This document shows positions 28,939 through 37,234 of a DNA stretch of 64,000 nt, in pieces; the first letter of the stretch is position 1, and each line of letters opens with the position of its first letter. The stretch spans positions 6,168-70,167 of the forward strand of contig RGZB01000001.1 in assembly GCA_010031735.1 (NCBI GenBank). Reading direction: 5' to 3'. The notes beneath the pieces are model-generated. The model had not been told where the DNA came from and ran no database searches. It saw only the letters and a list, made by a program, of their open reading frames with translations. This DNA is from Pseudomonadota bacterium. Lineage in GTDB: Bacteria > Pseudomonadota > Alphaproteobacteria > Rickettsiales > RGZB01. Both the position numbers and the translations under genes were made by a program.

Positions 28939-29406
28939 ATGGAAGAATTCGTTACAGACAGCCTCTCCCTTCCCGCTTTTGAGACGATAGCGAGGAATAT
29001 TGCAAAAACGGTCCGGCGTCAGGATGTAGTGGCTCTTTCCGGTGATCTGGGTGCCGGCAAAACCACCTTCTCCCGCGCGTTCATCCGTACATTCCTGCCG
29101 ACCGAAGGGGAAATCACGAGCCCGACGTTCAATCTTGTACAGCTATACAGCACGCCGGATTTCGATATCTGGCATTTCGATCTATACCGCTTGAAGTACG
29201 CAGAAGAGCTAACGGAGCTCGGCCTTGAGGATGCGCTGGAAAGTGGCGTGTCCCTCATCGAATGGCCTGAAATTGCCAAGCAAGTGTTGCCGAATGAGCG
29301 CTTGGAGATTTTTATCGAAAATGGTAAAAATAATGATGAACGCAGGCTACGTTTGCATTACTCGAATCACTGGAAAGACCGAATTCATGCCCTCTTCAAA
29401 CTCTGA
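28939..29406 (+). CDS. tsaE: tRNA t6A37 biosynthesis ATPase TsaE
   Basis: P-loop LSGDLGAGKTTF and the motif WHFDLYRL, 155 aa. Confidence 0.85.
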   Translation: MEEFVTDSLSLPAFETIARNIAKTVRRQDVVALSGDLGAGKTTFSRAFIRTFLPTEGEITSPTFNLVQLYSTPDFDIWHFDLYRLKYAEELTELGLEDALESGVSLIEWPEIAKQVLPNERLEIFIENGKNNDERRLRLHYSNHWKDRIHALFKL

Positions 29407-30418
29407 TACCACCACCATTACGACGCGTGAGGCATTGATTAAGGGTTTCCTGGAGCGCAGCGGATTTAGCGCCGCTGAACGCCACAAACTGCCAGGCGAT
29501 GCCTCTTTCCGCCGCTACGAACGCCTTATCCATAACGGCAAAAGCTACATGCTGATGGATGCACCACCCCCGAAAGAGAACGTACGCTCTTTCATGAATG
29601 TCGACCGCTACCTGATCAAGCAGCAGATGAGTGCTCCTGTCATCCTCGCCGATGACCCGGAAAATGGCTTCCTGCTCCTTGAGGATCTGGGTGTCGATAG
29701 CTATTCGCTCGTACTCAAAGCCGATATCAATAAAGAAGAGTCGCTCTACCTCCATGCGATGGAGGCGCTGATCCATGTACAGAATGCGCCGCTTCCCTCT
29801 GATATCCCGGATTATACGCGTGAGAAACTGCTGCAGGAAACCTTGCTCCTTACCGAATGGTATATGCCGCTGATCGGGCGTAGTGCTGCTGCCATTCAGA
29901 AATCCGAGGCAACCTATAAAAGCATCATGGAAAAATTGATTGCCACCATTCCACCCAGCCCGCGTGTGGTAGTGCTCCGTGATTACCATGCCGATAACCT
30001 GATGTGGCTGCCTGACCGCGAAACCTATAAGCGCGCAGGCCTCCTCGATTTCCAGGATGCCGTCATCGGCCATCCGGCGTATGACGTCGTATCGCTACTT
30101 GAAGATGCCCGCCGCGATGTGAGAAAAGAAACCGTAATCGCTTGCCTGGATTACTATCTCGCCAAACAGAAGGCATATGATAAAACCTCCTTCATGATGA
30201 CCTATGCCTTACTCGGCGCACAACGTAACTGTAAGATCATCGGCATCTTCTCCCGCCTTGCAAAACGCGACGGTAAAAAGCATTACCTCGATATGATTCC
30301 GCGCGTATGGAACCATTTGACCCACGATGTCGCGCACCCTGCCCTTAAAGAATTAAAAGAGTGGCTGGATAGTGAATTCCCATCTGAACTCCGCAAACAA
30401 AAACCGGAACTCGTGTGA
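29387..30418 (+). CDS. aminoglycoside-phosphotransferase-fold kinase (AmgK-like anomeric sugar kinase candidate)
   Basis: Catalytic loop LRDYHADNLMWL and LLDFQDA. The likely start is ATG 29387, with a 20-nt overlap with tsaE. The tracked ORF starts inside tsaE. Confidence 0.75.
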   Translation: MPSSNSDTTTITTREALIKGFLERSGFSAAERHKLPGDASFRRYERLIHNGKSYMLMDAPPPKENVRSFMNVDRYLIKQQMSAPVILADDPENGFLLLEDLGVDSYSLVLKADINKEESLYLHAMEALIHVQNAPLPSDIPDYTREKLLQETLLLTEWYMPLIGRSAAAIQKSEATYKSIMEKLIATIPPSPRVVVLRDYHADNLMWLPDRETYKRAGLLDFQDAVIGHPAYDVVSLLEDARRDVRKETVIACLDYYLAKQKAYDKTSFMMTYALLGAQRNCKIIGIFSRLAKRDGKKHYLDMIPRVWNHLTHDVAHPALKELKEWLDSEFPSELRKQKPELV

Positions 30419-31170
30419 AAAGCTTCTTCCCTAAAACTGCGATGGTGTTTGCTGCCGGTAAGGGCGAGCGCATGCGTCCGCTCACTGAGCATACGCCGAA
30501 GCCACTCATCAAGGTCAATGGCAAACCGCTTATCGAATATTCTCTTGATAAGCTCGCCTATCTGGGTGTTACCCATGCGGTAGTGAACACGCATTATAAA
30601 GCCGAGCAGCTGCACGATTATCTGCGCCATTATACGAAGATGAAAATCACGGTTTCGCACGAACCCGAACTGCTGGAGACCGGTGGTGGGCTGATGAAGG
30701 CTCGCCCTCATTTGGGTAATGATCCGATCTTCGTTATCAATAGTGATATTATTTTCGTCGATAATCCAAAAGGCACACCGACACTCCAGCGTCTCGCAAA
30801 CCACTGGCAACCGTTTATGGATATGCTGTTGCTGCTTCAGCCTAAGGACAAAGCCATCGGATACGATGGCAAAGGGGATTTTGATATCGGGGCACGCCAG
30901 CAGGTACTGAAATCGACCGATCCGGTACAGCCCTTCGTATTCGCGGGTGTACAGATATTCCATCCCCGTCTCCTCGACGGTATGGAGATCAAATCTTTCT
31001 CTCTCAATTATTTCTTTTTCCGCGCCATCCAAAAGGACTCCAGCCTGAAGGGCGTTTATGGCCTTCCGCACGACGGCAACTGGCTGCATATCGGCACACC
31101 CGACGGGGTGCAGAAAGCTACCGACTTCCTTAAAAGTCATCCTGAAGGCACACCACCCAAAGAGTGGTAG
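30415..31170 (+). CDS. sugar-phosphate nucleotidyltransferase (MurU-like)
   Basis: G-loop FAAGKGERMRPLTEHTPKPL. It overlaps the kinase stop by 4 nt. Confidence 0.75.
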   Translation: MKSFFPKTAMVFAAGKGERMRPLTEHTPKPLIKVNGKPLIEYSLDKLAYLGVTHAVVNTHYKAEQLHDYLRHYTKMKITVSHEPELLETGGGLMKARPHLGNDPIFVINSDIIFVDNPKGTPTLQRLANHWQPFMDMLLLLQPKDKAIGYDGKGDFDIGARQQVLKSTDPVQPFVFAGVQIFHPRLLDGMEIKSFSLNYFFFRAIQKDSSLKGVYGLPHDGNWLHIGTPDGVQKATDFLKSHPEGTPPKEW

Positions 31171-31206
31171 AGCCATTCCGCCTTTCTCACGTATTTATCT
31201 GATGAA

Positions 31207-34200
31207 TTAAGTCGCGCCGCTGTTCGCGCCTGAACCGGAACCCGAGCCTGAAGAACTACCCGAGCCGGAGCTAGAACCAGAACCACTACCAGAGCCAGAC
31301 GCGCTACCGGAACCCGAGCCTGAAGCACTACCCGATCCGCTACCGGAGGAGCTGCCAGAACCGCTGCCCGAGCCTGAAGAACTACCCGAGCCGCTGCCGG
31401 AACCCGAGCTAGAACCAGAACCACTGCCGGAGCCAGACGAGCTACCGGAACCTGATCCCGAGCCGCTACCGGAACCTGAGCCCGAACCGCTGCCGGAGCC
31501 GGAGCCTGAGCCACTACCGGAACCCGAACCAGAACCGCTACCGGAGCCCGAGCCACTACCGGAACCAGAACCAGAACCGCTGCCGGAGCCTGAACCACTG
31601 CCAGAACCTGAAGCGCTACCTGAGCCGCTGCCAGAGCTACTACCAGATCCACCCGACGAGCCCGAAGAACCACTACCACCCGAGCCACCGCCTGAACCAC
31701 CGCCGGAGCCGCCACCAGAACTACCACCGCTGCCACCCGATGAACCAGATGCACCACTACCACCCGAACCACCACCGGAACTGCCACTGCTGCCTGGACC
31801 ACCGCCACCCGCACCCCAGCCGCCGCTCCAATCTATCGGCGTGCCTTGCCATTGAGGGTTGATGTTAAGATCATAACCTGGGAATGTCTCAACGCTCGAG
31901 GTACCATTCATATCTTCCTCTTCCGCCGATTTACCAAGGCTACCGATCACACTTGTAGAAGGAATATTGTTGCCCCTGAGTTTCGGCATTGGGTCACATG
32001 CCCCTGCTGCCTTCTCAATGAAGCCAAAGACATCTTCTTCACGATAATAGGTACCTTGGTAAGGCTCTTCAAAACTCTGTACCGGCTTCGTCGGATCCTG
32101 GCCGATACGCGCTGGCGCACTGCAATAGAATGTCGTGGCATTACCCGTTGGGAGTGTACCCGTAAAGGTTTCCATATCGATCGGGTCGTTTACAGAACCC
32201 GGGCCACTATCCGGCATATCCCAGTTCGGACGATACACTTTAATACGTTTCCAGTTACGCTCATAGCACACTGCGATATCCGGGTTGTCGCACTTCCTGC
32301 CACGTGTGACAGCGGCATTCTCAAGCCAGATATAACGTTCGGTGGTCACATCCCAACGATCGGTGTTACCACACGTATCTTGGTATTTACCCCAGTTCTT
32401 CTCGGACACCTTTACCCACGGCTGGCTGCCTTCTTTCCATTCACATGGCTTTTCTGGGTTATAGCCTGACGGATTACTATCCGGCGCCGGCGGATTGGAA
32501 TCGAAGTCATAACCTTGTGCCGACCAACCTTCCGGCAGGATCTTATCAAGCAAGCCCGGACCGGTTTGATCCACGTCGGTGGTCTCGAAACGACCCATAT
32601 GATCCGGATCGCCTTCATAATAATGCTTGAAGCCGGTTTCCTCGACATAAGCGATATGGTTGATATACCCTGCGTCTTTCGGTGTGCCATCCGCATTACA
32701 TTTATCCGGCGGATTACCAAGTTCCTGGCACGACTGACCACCCTTCTCGGCTGGATCGTCATCCGCTTCCTTGATCTCACTATCGTACATGATGAAGTCA
32801 CCCGCACGGGCACATTTCAGGCCCTGATAGCCTTTCGATTTATAGCGCACACCCGTCGTCACGCCGCGCATCGTGAATTGGTTATTATATTTCCAGTTGA
32901 CCCACAATTTAGAGTTCGGGTTTGCATTCGGGGCAAAGTTCGGGCCCGGATAACCACGCCATACCAGCGGCCAGACGATGGTATTCGTATAGGTGGTGTC
33001 ATCTGAGGCATTGATTGGATCCTCGTTACCCACCATGAAGAAGCGGAAGCCGCCGCGACGCAGTACGTAATCAATTGCAGAACCAGACTTGAACGTTTTT
33101 TCGTAGTCGCACATGCAGTTCAGGTTGAACCAACGGCCACAACGCGCCTGATATAGCATCATTTCATACCAGCCGCCGATACCACAACCACGCGGCCCTT
33201 CGATCGCTTCCGCGACACGTTCATCTGGACCTTTTTTGAAGGAATCTTTCGCAATATTATAGGATGCCTCGTAACGTTGTTGCGAAATACCATTGTCGTC
33301 TTCGTAATCCGTCTGTTTCATATTGAGCGGAGGTGTCGGGAACGCGATCGTCGGCGCCATGAAAGGTGCCTTATCGAACGGGAATGCAAGCTGGTTGTTC
33401 GGGATGGATTTCACCGTCATCGCCAGATAACTTTGCGGCTCTTCGAACATCCAGCGGAGATTATATTTCTTATTGTCGGAACGATCGAGCAATGCCAGCT
33501 CTGACGGCACCGGCGTCGGCGACATATCACGCAGCAGAATCGGACATGCGATGTTACGTGCTTCGTAGAATGCACGTTTCCAGCGCTGCAGATTCGGTGT
33601 GATCATCGTGTCTTTGCAGATCTGCCATTCGTTCCACGGTGTGCTCGGATTATCTCTCGGGCAATGGCAGGAGAAGTCAGGTGCAGCGGTGAAAAATGCA
33701 TCTGTGAAGCGCACATCGAAACGCAATACGCGGTAGTTCTGCATATCGATATCTTCATGCCTGTTGCCGAATTGATCGATGAACTTGCTGCAGCGTTTTG
33801 GATAATTGAAGAAATTCGCCAGGTCTTTACCACCCGCCGGGAGTGAAGAACCATCGCGGAAATAAATCTTCGCCGGATCTTCCGTATCGTTCGGGAAGGA
33901 GACGGCTTCACGCGGGCTATAAGGGTTACAGATCTCGTTGATACCTTCCGGCATCACGACTTCTCTGTTCGGTTTATTGGTCTGTAGTTCGCCATATACC
34001 AATTTGAAGTTCTTGATCGGCGCTTGGAAATCCGTAAAACGCACTTTGTTCTTTGCATATTCCGGACCATACATCTGTTCTGCAGTCGGGCGTTTTTTAT
34101 CCACCGTCTCGATGATAGCACCGGTATCCGCCATGATGATCGGCGGTTTATCAAAGCTACCCGGGATTACGGTAATGCCGGTATCCTGGCCTTGGTCACC

Positions 34201-35394
34201 GATATAAAGTACGTCGTGGCCATTAAATTGAGGCTGCTCGTTTAATTTAAGCGCAGGGTCGCAACCGATTTCGTGTTCATACCCATATACGGTATGCATC
34301 GGATAATAGATCGTCGGCGGGAAGAAGGGCGTGTAGTTCCCTTTTGCATATTTACGGTCGAATTTCTCATAATAATCTTGTGGGAATTGGCCACTATAGG
34401 TTGCACAACCACGGATGCCAAAATACAGCTCACCCGAGGTGCTGGAACCTGAGCCATTGATCTTCTGGAATTTGAGATTCGGCGGAGAACCCGGCGGCGG
34501 ACTATATTCGTTCACCTTTAAACGGCACACATCTTCTTCTGGTTTTAATTTGCCACGGAAGAAGAAGTTAAGAGAGTCATATAATTCGTTACGGATCAGC
34601 GGAACCTCTACAAGATAGCAGTCGTTCAATGTAATATATTCTGGACGCACGCGCGGCGGCTCCGGTTTCATGACGACACGGCCACACATCCTGTGGCGGT
34701 GCGTACGCTCCGCGAGATAGAGTTCCACGCATTGCTGGATCTTACGCATGTGGCCTGGGTTATAATAGACATCACGATCCGTGGGTTCCGGATCGGTAAG
34801 GTACCAGTTTTTATTGATGTTATTTTCGTCGCCGAGTGAATTACTTTTGAGCGGTGTGTAGTGTTCACGCGGGCCTGGCATACTGATATATTTCTTACCA
34901 CCCGTGATCGCACCGATCACAGTCCCTACCGTACCTGAGCCTGGGGGCGGCGAATCATCGTTGTTCCTGTAGTTAATGAAGTAGCTGCAAAAACGGTTCA
35001 GATCGTCGATATTATCATCGCGCGCACACGTATAGACTTTCTCACGCTCAGACCAGTTGCTGAGGTAGTTGAACACCGGACGGTAACAGAACGGATCGAG
35101 AACTAAACGTTCATCATCCGGCAACATAGAGCTGTTCGGATCGGACGGGTCTTTGGGTTTGGTGATACGTTTGCGCGGGTCATAGACACCGGTGATGTCT
35201 TCGTAGACCGGGTCGGCACCATAATAGACTTTACTGACACCCGGAACGGTGCGGTCGCCTTTCAGTGCGGGATCGGTGGCTTCAGGACCTGCGGCGATAG
35301 CATTATAAGGCTGAGACACAGACAGACCGGAAGCCAGCCCCATCATAATAAGGAGCACCAGCGTCAGACCGTTTTTACGTACAAATCTAAACAT
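31207..35394 (-). CDS. giant secreted cysteine-rich protein with a C-terminal Gly/Ser low-complexity tail (unknown family)
   Basis: Uninterrupted 1395-aa ORF with signal peptide [29 protein letters not shown] counted 28 Cys in residues 1-1190. It is rich in P/Y/N/D. Residues ~1191-1395 are almost pure G/S. Confidence 0.85.
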   Translation of the reverse strand: MFRFVRKNGLTLVLLIMMGLASGLSVSQPYNAIAAGPEATDPALKGDRTVPGVSKVYYGADPVYEDITGVYDPRKRITKPKDPSDPNSSMLPDDERLVLDPFCYRPVFNYLSNWSEREKVYTCARDDNIDDLNRFCSYFINYRNNDDSPPPGSGTVGTVIGAITGGKKYISMPGPREHYTPLKSNSLGDENNINKNWYLTDPEPTDRDVYYNPGHMRKIQQCVELYLAERTHRHRMCGRVVMKPEPPRVRPEYITLNDCYLVEVPLIRNELYDSLNFFFRGKLKPEEDVCRLKVNEYSPPPGSPPNLKFQKINGSGSSTSGELYFGIRGCATYSGQFPQDYYEKFDRKYAKGNYTPFFPPTIYYPMHTVYGYEHEIGCDPALKLNEQPQFNGHDVLYIGDQGQDTGITVIPGSFDKPPIIMADTGAIIETVDKKRPTAEQMYGPEYAKNKVRFTDFQAPIKNFKLVYGELQTNKPNREVVMPEGINEICNPYSPREAVSFPNDTEDPAKIYFRDGSSLPAGGKDLANFFNYPKRCSKFIDQFGNRHEDIDMQNYRVLRFDVRFTDAFFTAAPDFSCHCPRDNPSTPWNEWQICKDTMITPNLQRWKRAFYEARNIACPILLRDMSPTPVPSELALLDRSDNKKYNLRWMFEEPQSYLAMTVKSIPNNQLAFPFDKAPFMAPTIAFPTPPLNMKQTDYEDDNGISQQRYEASYNIAKDSFKKGPDERVAEAIEGPRGCGIGGWYEMMLYQARCGRWFNLNCMCDYEKTFKSGSAIDYVLRRGGFRFFMVGNEDPINASDDTTYTNTIVWPLVWRGYPGPNFAPNANPNSKLWVNWKYNNQFTMRGVTTGVRYKSKGYQGLKCARAGDFIMYDSEIKEADDDPAEKGGQSCQELGNPPDKCNADGTPKDAGYINHIAYVEETGFKHYYEGDPDHMGRFETTDVDQTGPGLLDKILPEGWSAQGYDFDSNPPAPDSNPSGYNPEKPCEWKEGSQPWVKVSEKNWGKYQDTCGNTDRWDVTTERYIWLENAAVTRGRKCDNPDIAVCYERNWKRIKVYRPNWDMPDSGPGSVNDPIDMETFTGTLPTGNATTFYCSAPARIGQDPTKPVQSFEEPYQGTYYREEDVFGFIEKAAGACDPMPKLRGNNIPSTSVIGSLGKSAEEEDMNGTSSVETFPGYDLNINPQWQGTPIDWSGGWGAGGGGPGSSGSSGGGSGGSGASGSSGGSGGSSGGGSGGGSGGGSGGSGSSGSSGGSGSSSGSGSGSASGSGSGSGSGSGSGSGSGSGSGSGSGSGSGSGSGSGSGSGSGSGSGSGSGSGSGSGSSSGSGSGSGSSSGSGSGSGSSSGSGSGSGSSSGSGSGSASGSGSGSASGSGSGSGSSSGSGSSSGSGSGSGANSGAT
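31210..31824 (-). repeat. Gly/Ser-coding low-complexity region (6-nt periodicity with ~120-nt internal duplications)
   Basis: The translation is GSGSGS.. with [10 protein letters not shown] units. For example, ggaacccgagcctgaagaactacccgagccg recurs near 31243 and 31365. Codons are mixed rather than a perfect microsatellite. Confidence 0.9.
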
Positions 35395-35476
35395 CCATAC
35401 CGTGTTGTAGTATTGTCCCAGCTAAGCAATTATTCTTTAATAAATACTGTGTTAATTTGTAAAATTAAAGACAAGT

Positions 35477-35504
35477 TTGCACAGTATGCTATGTAAGCTA
35501 TAAT
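35477..35504 (+). promoter_or_regulatory. candidate sigma70-type promoter for the VirB8/VirB9-like pair
   Basis: TTGCAC (35477-35482), 16-nt spacer, TATAAT (35499-35504) in the AT-rich divergent intergenic region. Confidence 0.4.
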
Positions 35505-35516
35505 ACCACATGCGAG

Positions 35517-35531
35517 TTAACAATAAGTTAA
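35517..35531. promoter_or_regulatory. CtrA-box-like motif TTAA-N7-TTAA (TTAA-N7-TTAAC on the minus strand)
   Basis: The sequence is TTAACAATAAGTTAA. The reverse complement of 35516-35531 is TTAACTTATTGTTAAC. It lies 26 nt upstream of the virB8-like start and ~120 nt upstream of the giant gene. Confidence 0.4.
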
Positions 35532-35556
35532 TAAACGGACAATTTTAGATAAATTT

Positions 35557-36303
35557 GTGACGAAATTGCACCTCACCAGCACCCCTGAAGTCAGTCAGGA
35601 AATCACGCGGAATATCCAGTCGAAACAATACTTTTCGGATGCCGTGGACTGGTATATGGACAAGTATGTTTACCCCGTTACGCAGCGTACCTTCCTCGCC
35701 ATCGTCACCGTCGTATCCTTCATCACCGCCGTTGTAGCCATCATCATACTGGTGAGTCTACTGCCTTTGAGCGAACGCGTGCCCCTTGCCGTCTCTGTCG
35801 GCTCCCGCGTGGATGAATATACCGGGGTCAAATATATCGGTAAGCAGGAGGAGGATTCCAACGACTCCGTGGTGAAATACCTCACCGGCCGTTATATCAA
35901 GATGCGCGAAAGCTACGATTTCGAGAACTTAAAGAACATCATCGAATATGTGCGTTACTATACGGAGCCGGCTGACTTCCAGAACTATAACACCTTCATG
36001 AGCACCGAAACGAATCCGAACAGCCCGATTCTGGTGTATAGAAACCACACCAAACGCTCAATCGAAATAATTGACGTCGTCAAGATCAGTCGTGAGGAAG
36101 CAGGTATCACAACACCAGGTGTACAGCGGATTGTAGCGAGTTTTAAGGTAACTGAAAAAGGCCTGGGACAAGAAAAAACCAGTTTATGGAAAGCACGCGT
36201 TGATGTACATTTCTCTGATGTGGTCTATTATAAAGACACGAAGAAATTTGCTCCTTTGGATTTCAAAGTGATACATTACGAAGCAAAGCAGGTTGAAGGA
36301 TGA
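35557..36303 (+). CDS. VirB8/TrbF-like type IV secretion inner-membrane protein
   Basis: Bitopic layout of ~45 aa cytoplasmic, one TM (FLAIVTVVSFITAVVAIIILVSLL), then a ~180-aa periplasmic domain with VKYLTGRYIKMRESYD, resembling the VirB8 NTF2-like domain. The start is GTG and is uncertain. Confidence 0.6.
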   Translation: MTKLHLTSTPEVSQEITRNIQSKQYFSDAVDWYMDKYVYPVTQRTFLAIVTVVSFITAVVAIIILVSLLPLSERVPLAVSVGSRVDEYTGVKYIGKQEEDSNDSVVKYLTGRYIKMRESYDFENLKNIIEYVRYYTEPADFQNYNTFMSTETNPNSPILVYRNHTKRSIEIIDVVKISREEAGITTPGVQRIVASFKVTEKGLGQEKTSLWKARVDVHFSDVVYYKDTKKFAPLDFKVIHYEAKQVEG

Positions 36304-37091
36304 AACGACACTTTCTAGCTCTCACTACCGCATCTGTGCTCGCACTGACCCTTCCCTATGCAGCACATGCCCTGCAAGAAGCAACACCGCTCGCGATCGA
36401 CAAACGTCTGCGTACACTCGTCTATGATCCCAACGAAGTCTATAAATTCGTCGGCCATTATAAATATCAATCCAGTATCGAACTTTCTGCTGAGGAAGAA
36501 GTCGTCACCATCTCCATGGGCGATTCGCTCGCATGGCAAGTAACGCCAAGTGGTAACCGCATCTTCTTAAAACCGATCGAGCCGGATGCGACCACGAACA
36601 TGACGGTCATCACCAATAAACGTATTTACCACTTTGAACTGTATGGACAAGAAGCACAAGGGATCCGCGATGAAGACATGGTCTTCCAGGCCCGCTTCCA
36701 GTACGCCGACGACCCTTCAAGCAGGGAAATCCAACGGTTCTCGACCGATGATTTCCCGGATATCGAAAACGAGCCAGGGAAGTTCAACTTCAATTACACC
36801 ATCTCCGGGTCTGAATATATCTCACCGCTCAAAATCTTCGATGACGGCGAATTCACCTACTTCCAATTCAAGAACAAGAATGCGGAACTCCCGGCTTTCT
36901 TCGTAGTCGACTCCGAAGGCAAAGAAGCCGCGATCAACTACCGTATGCAAGGCGACTATCTGGTGGTCGAACGAGTGTCGAGTCAATTCACGCTCAGGAA
37001 TGGCTCTGACATCGCCTGCGTGTTCAACGAAGTACTGCCACTTCGCTCTGCACCGCCGAAACCGAAGCGTAAGTTCCTCGGCCTCTTCTAG
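36300..37091 (+). CDS. VirB9/TrbG/CagX-like type IV secretion outer-membrane-complex protein
   Basis: Signal peptide. N-domain: RLRTLVYDPNEVYKFVGHYKYQSSIELSAEEEVVTISMGDSLAWQV..NRIFLKP..TTNMTVITNKRIYHFEL. C-domain: NYTISG..PLKIFDDGEFTYFQF..PAFFVVDSEGKEAAINYRMQGDYLVVERVSSQFTLRNG. ATGA overlap with the upstream gene. Confidence 0.8.
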   Translation: MKRHFLALTTASVLALTLPYAAHALQEATPLAIDKRLRTLVYDPNEVYKFVGHYKYQSSIELSAEEEVVTISMGDSLAWQVTPSGNRIFLKPIEPDATTNMTVITNKRIYHFELYGQEAQGIRDEDMVFQARFQYADDPSSREIQRFSTDDFPDIENEPGKFNFNYTISGSEYISPLKIFDDGEFTYFQFKNKNAELPAFFVVDSEGKEAAINYRMQGDYLVVERVSSQFTLRNGSDIACVFNEVLPLRSAPPKPKRKFLGLF

Positions 37092-37113
37092 AAAATCATT
37101 ATTTAACAGCTAG

Positions 37114-37139
37114 TTGAGGATTCAGAGACGGATCCTCAA
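37114..37139 (+). terminator. hairpin after the virB9-like gene (possible terminator / ilvB leader element)
   Basis: TTGAGGAT, a 10-nt loop, then ATCCTCAA. There is no clean T-run afterwards, so intrinsic terminator function is uncertain. Confidence 0.3.
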
Positions 37140-37234
37140 GGTGGCCTCTCTGTTTCCTCAAAAATAGAGAATATCTATCGACAACATCTTGAAAATCGGT
37201 TAGAAACTTGGCTCCTTAAAATTCTTGAGGATAT

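Noticed and set aside
31137-31814. A 225-aa Val/Ala/Arg-rich ORF ([14 protein letters not shown]...) that looks like a repetitive protein.
   Set aside because: It is the reverse-complement reading of the Gly/Ser-coding repeat of the giant gene, since GGN/AGC codons read as Ala/Val/Pro on the opposite strand. It is a repeat artefact, not a gene.
31207-31830. Periodic short repeats that might be mistaken for a CRISPR array or a microsatellite locus.
   Set aside because: The periodicity is 6 nt and lies inside an open reading frame. There are no 25-40-nt direct repeats separated by unique spacers and no cas genes in the window.
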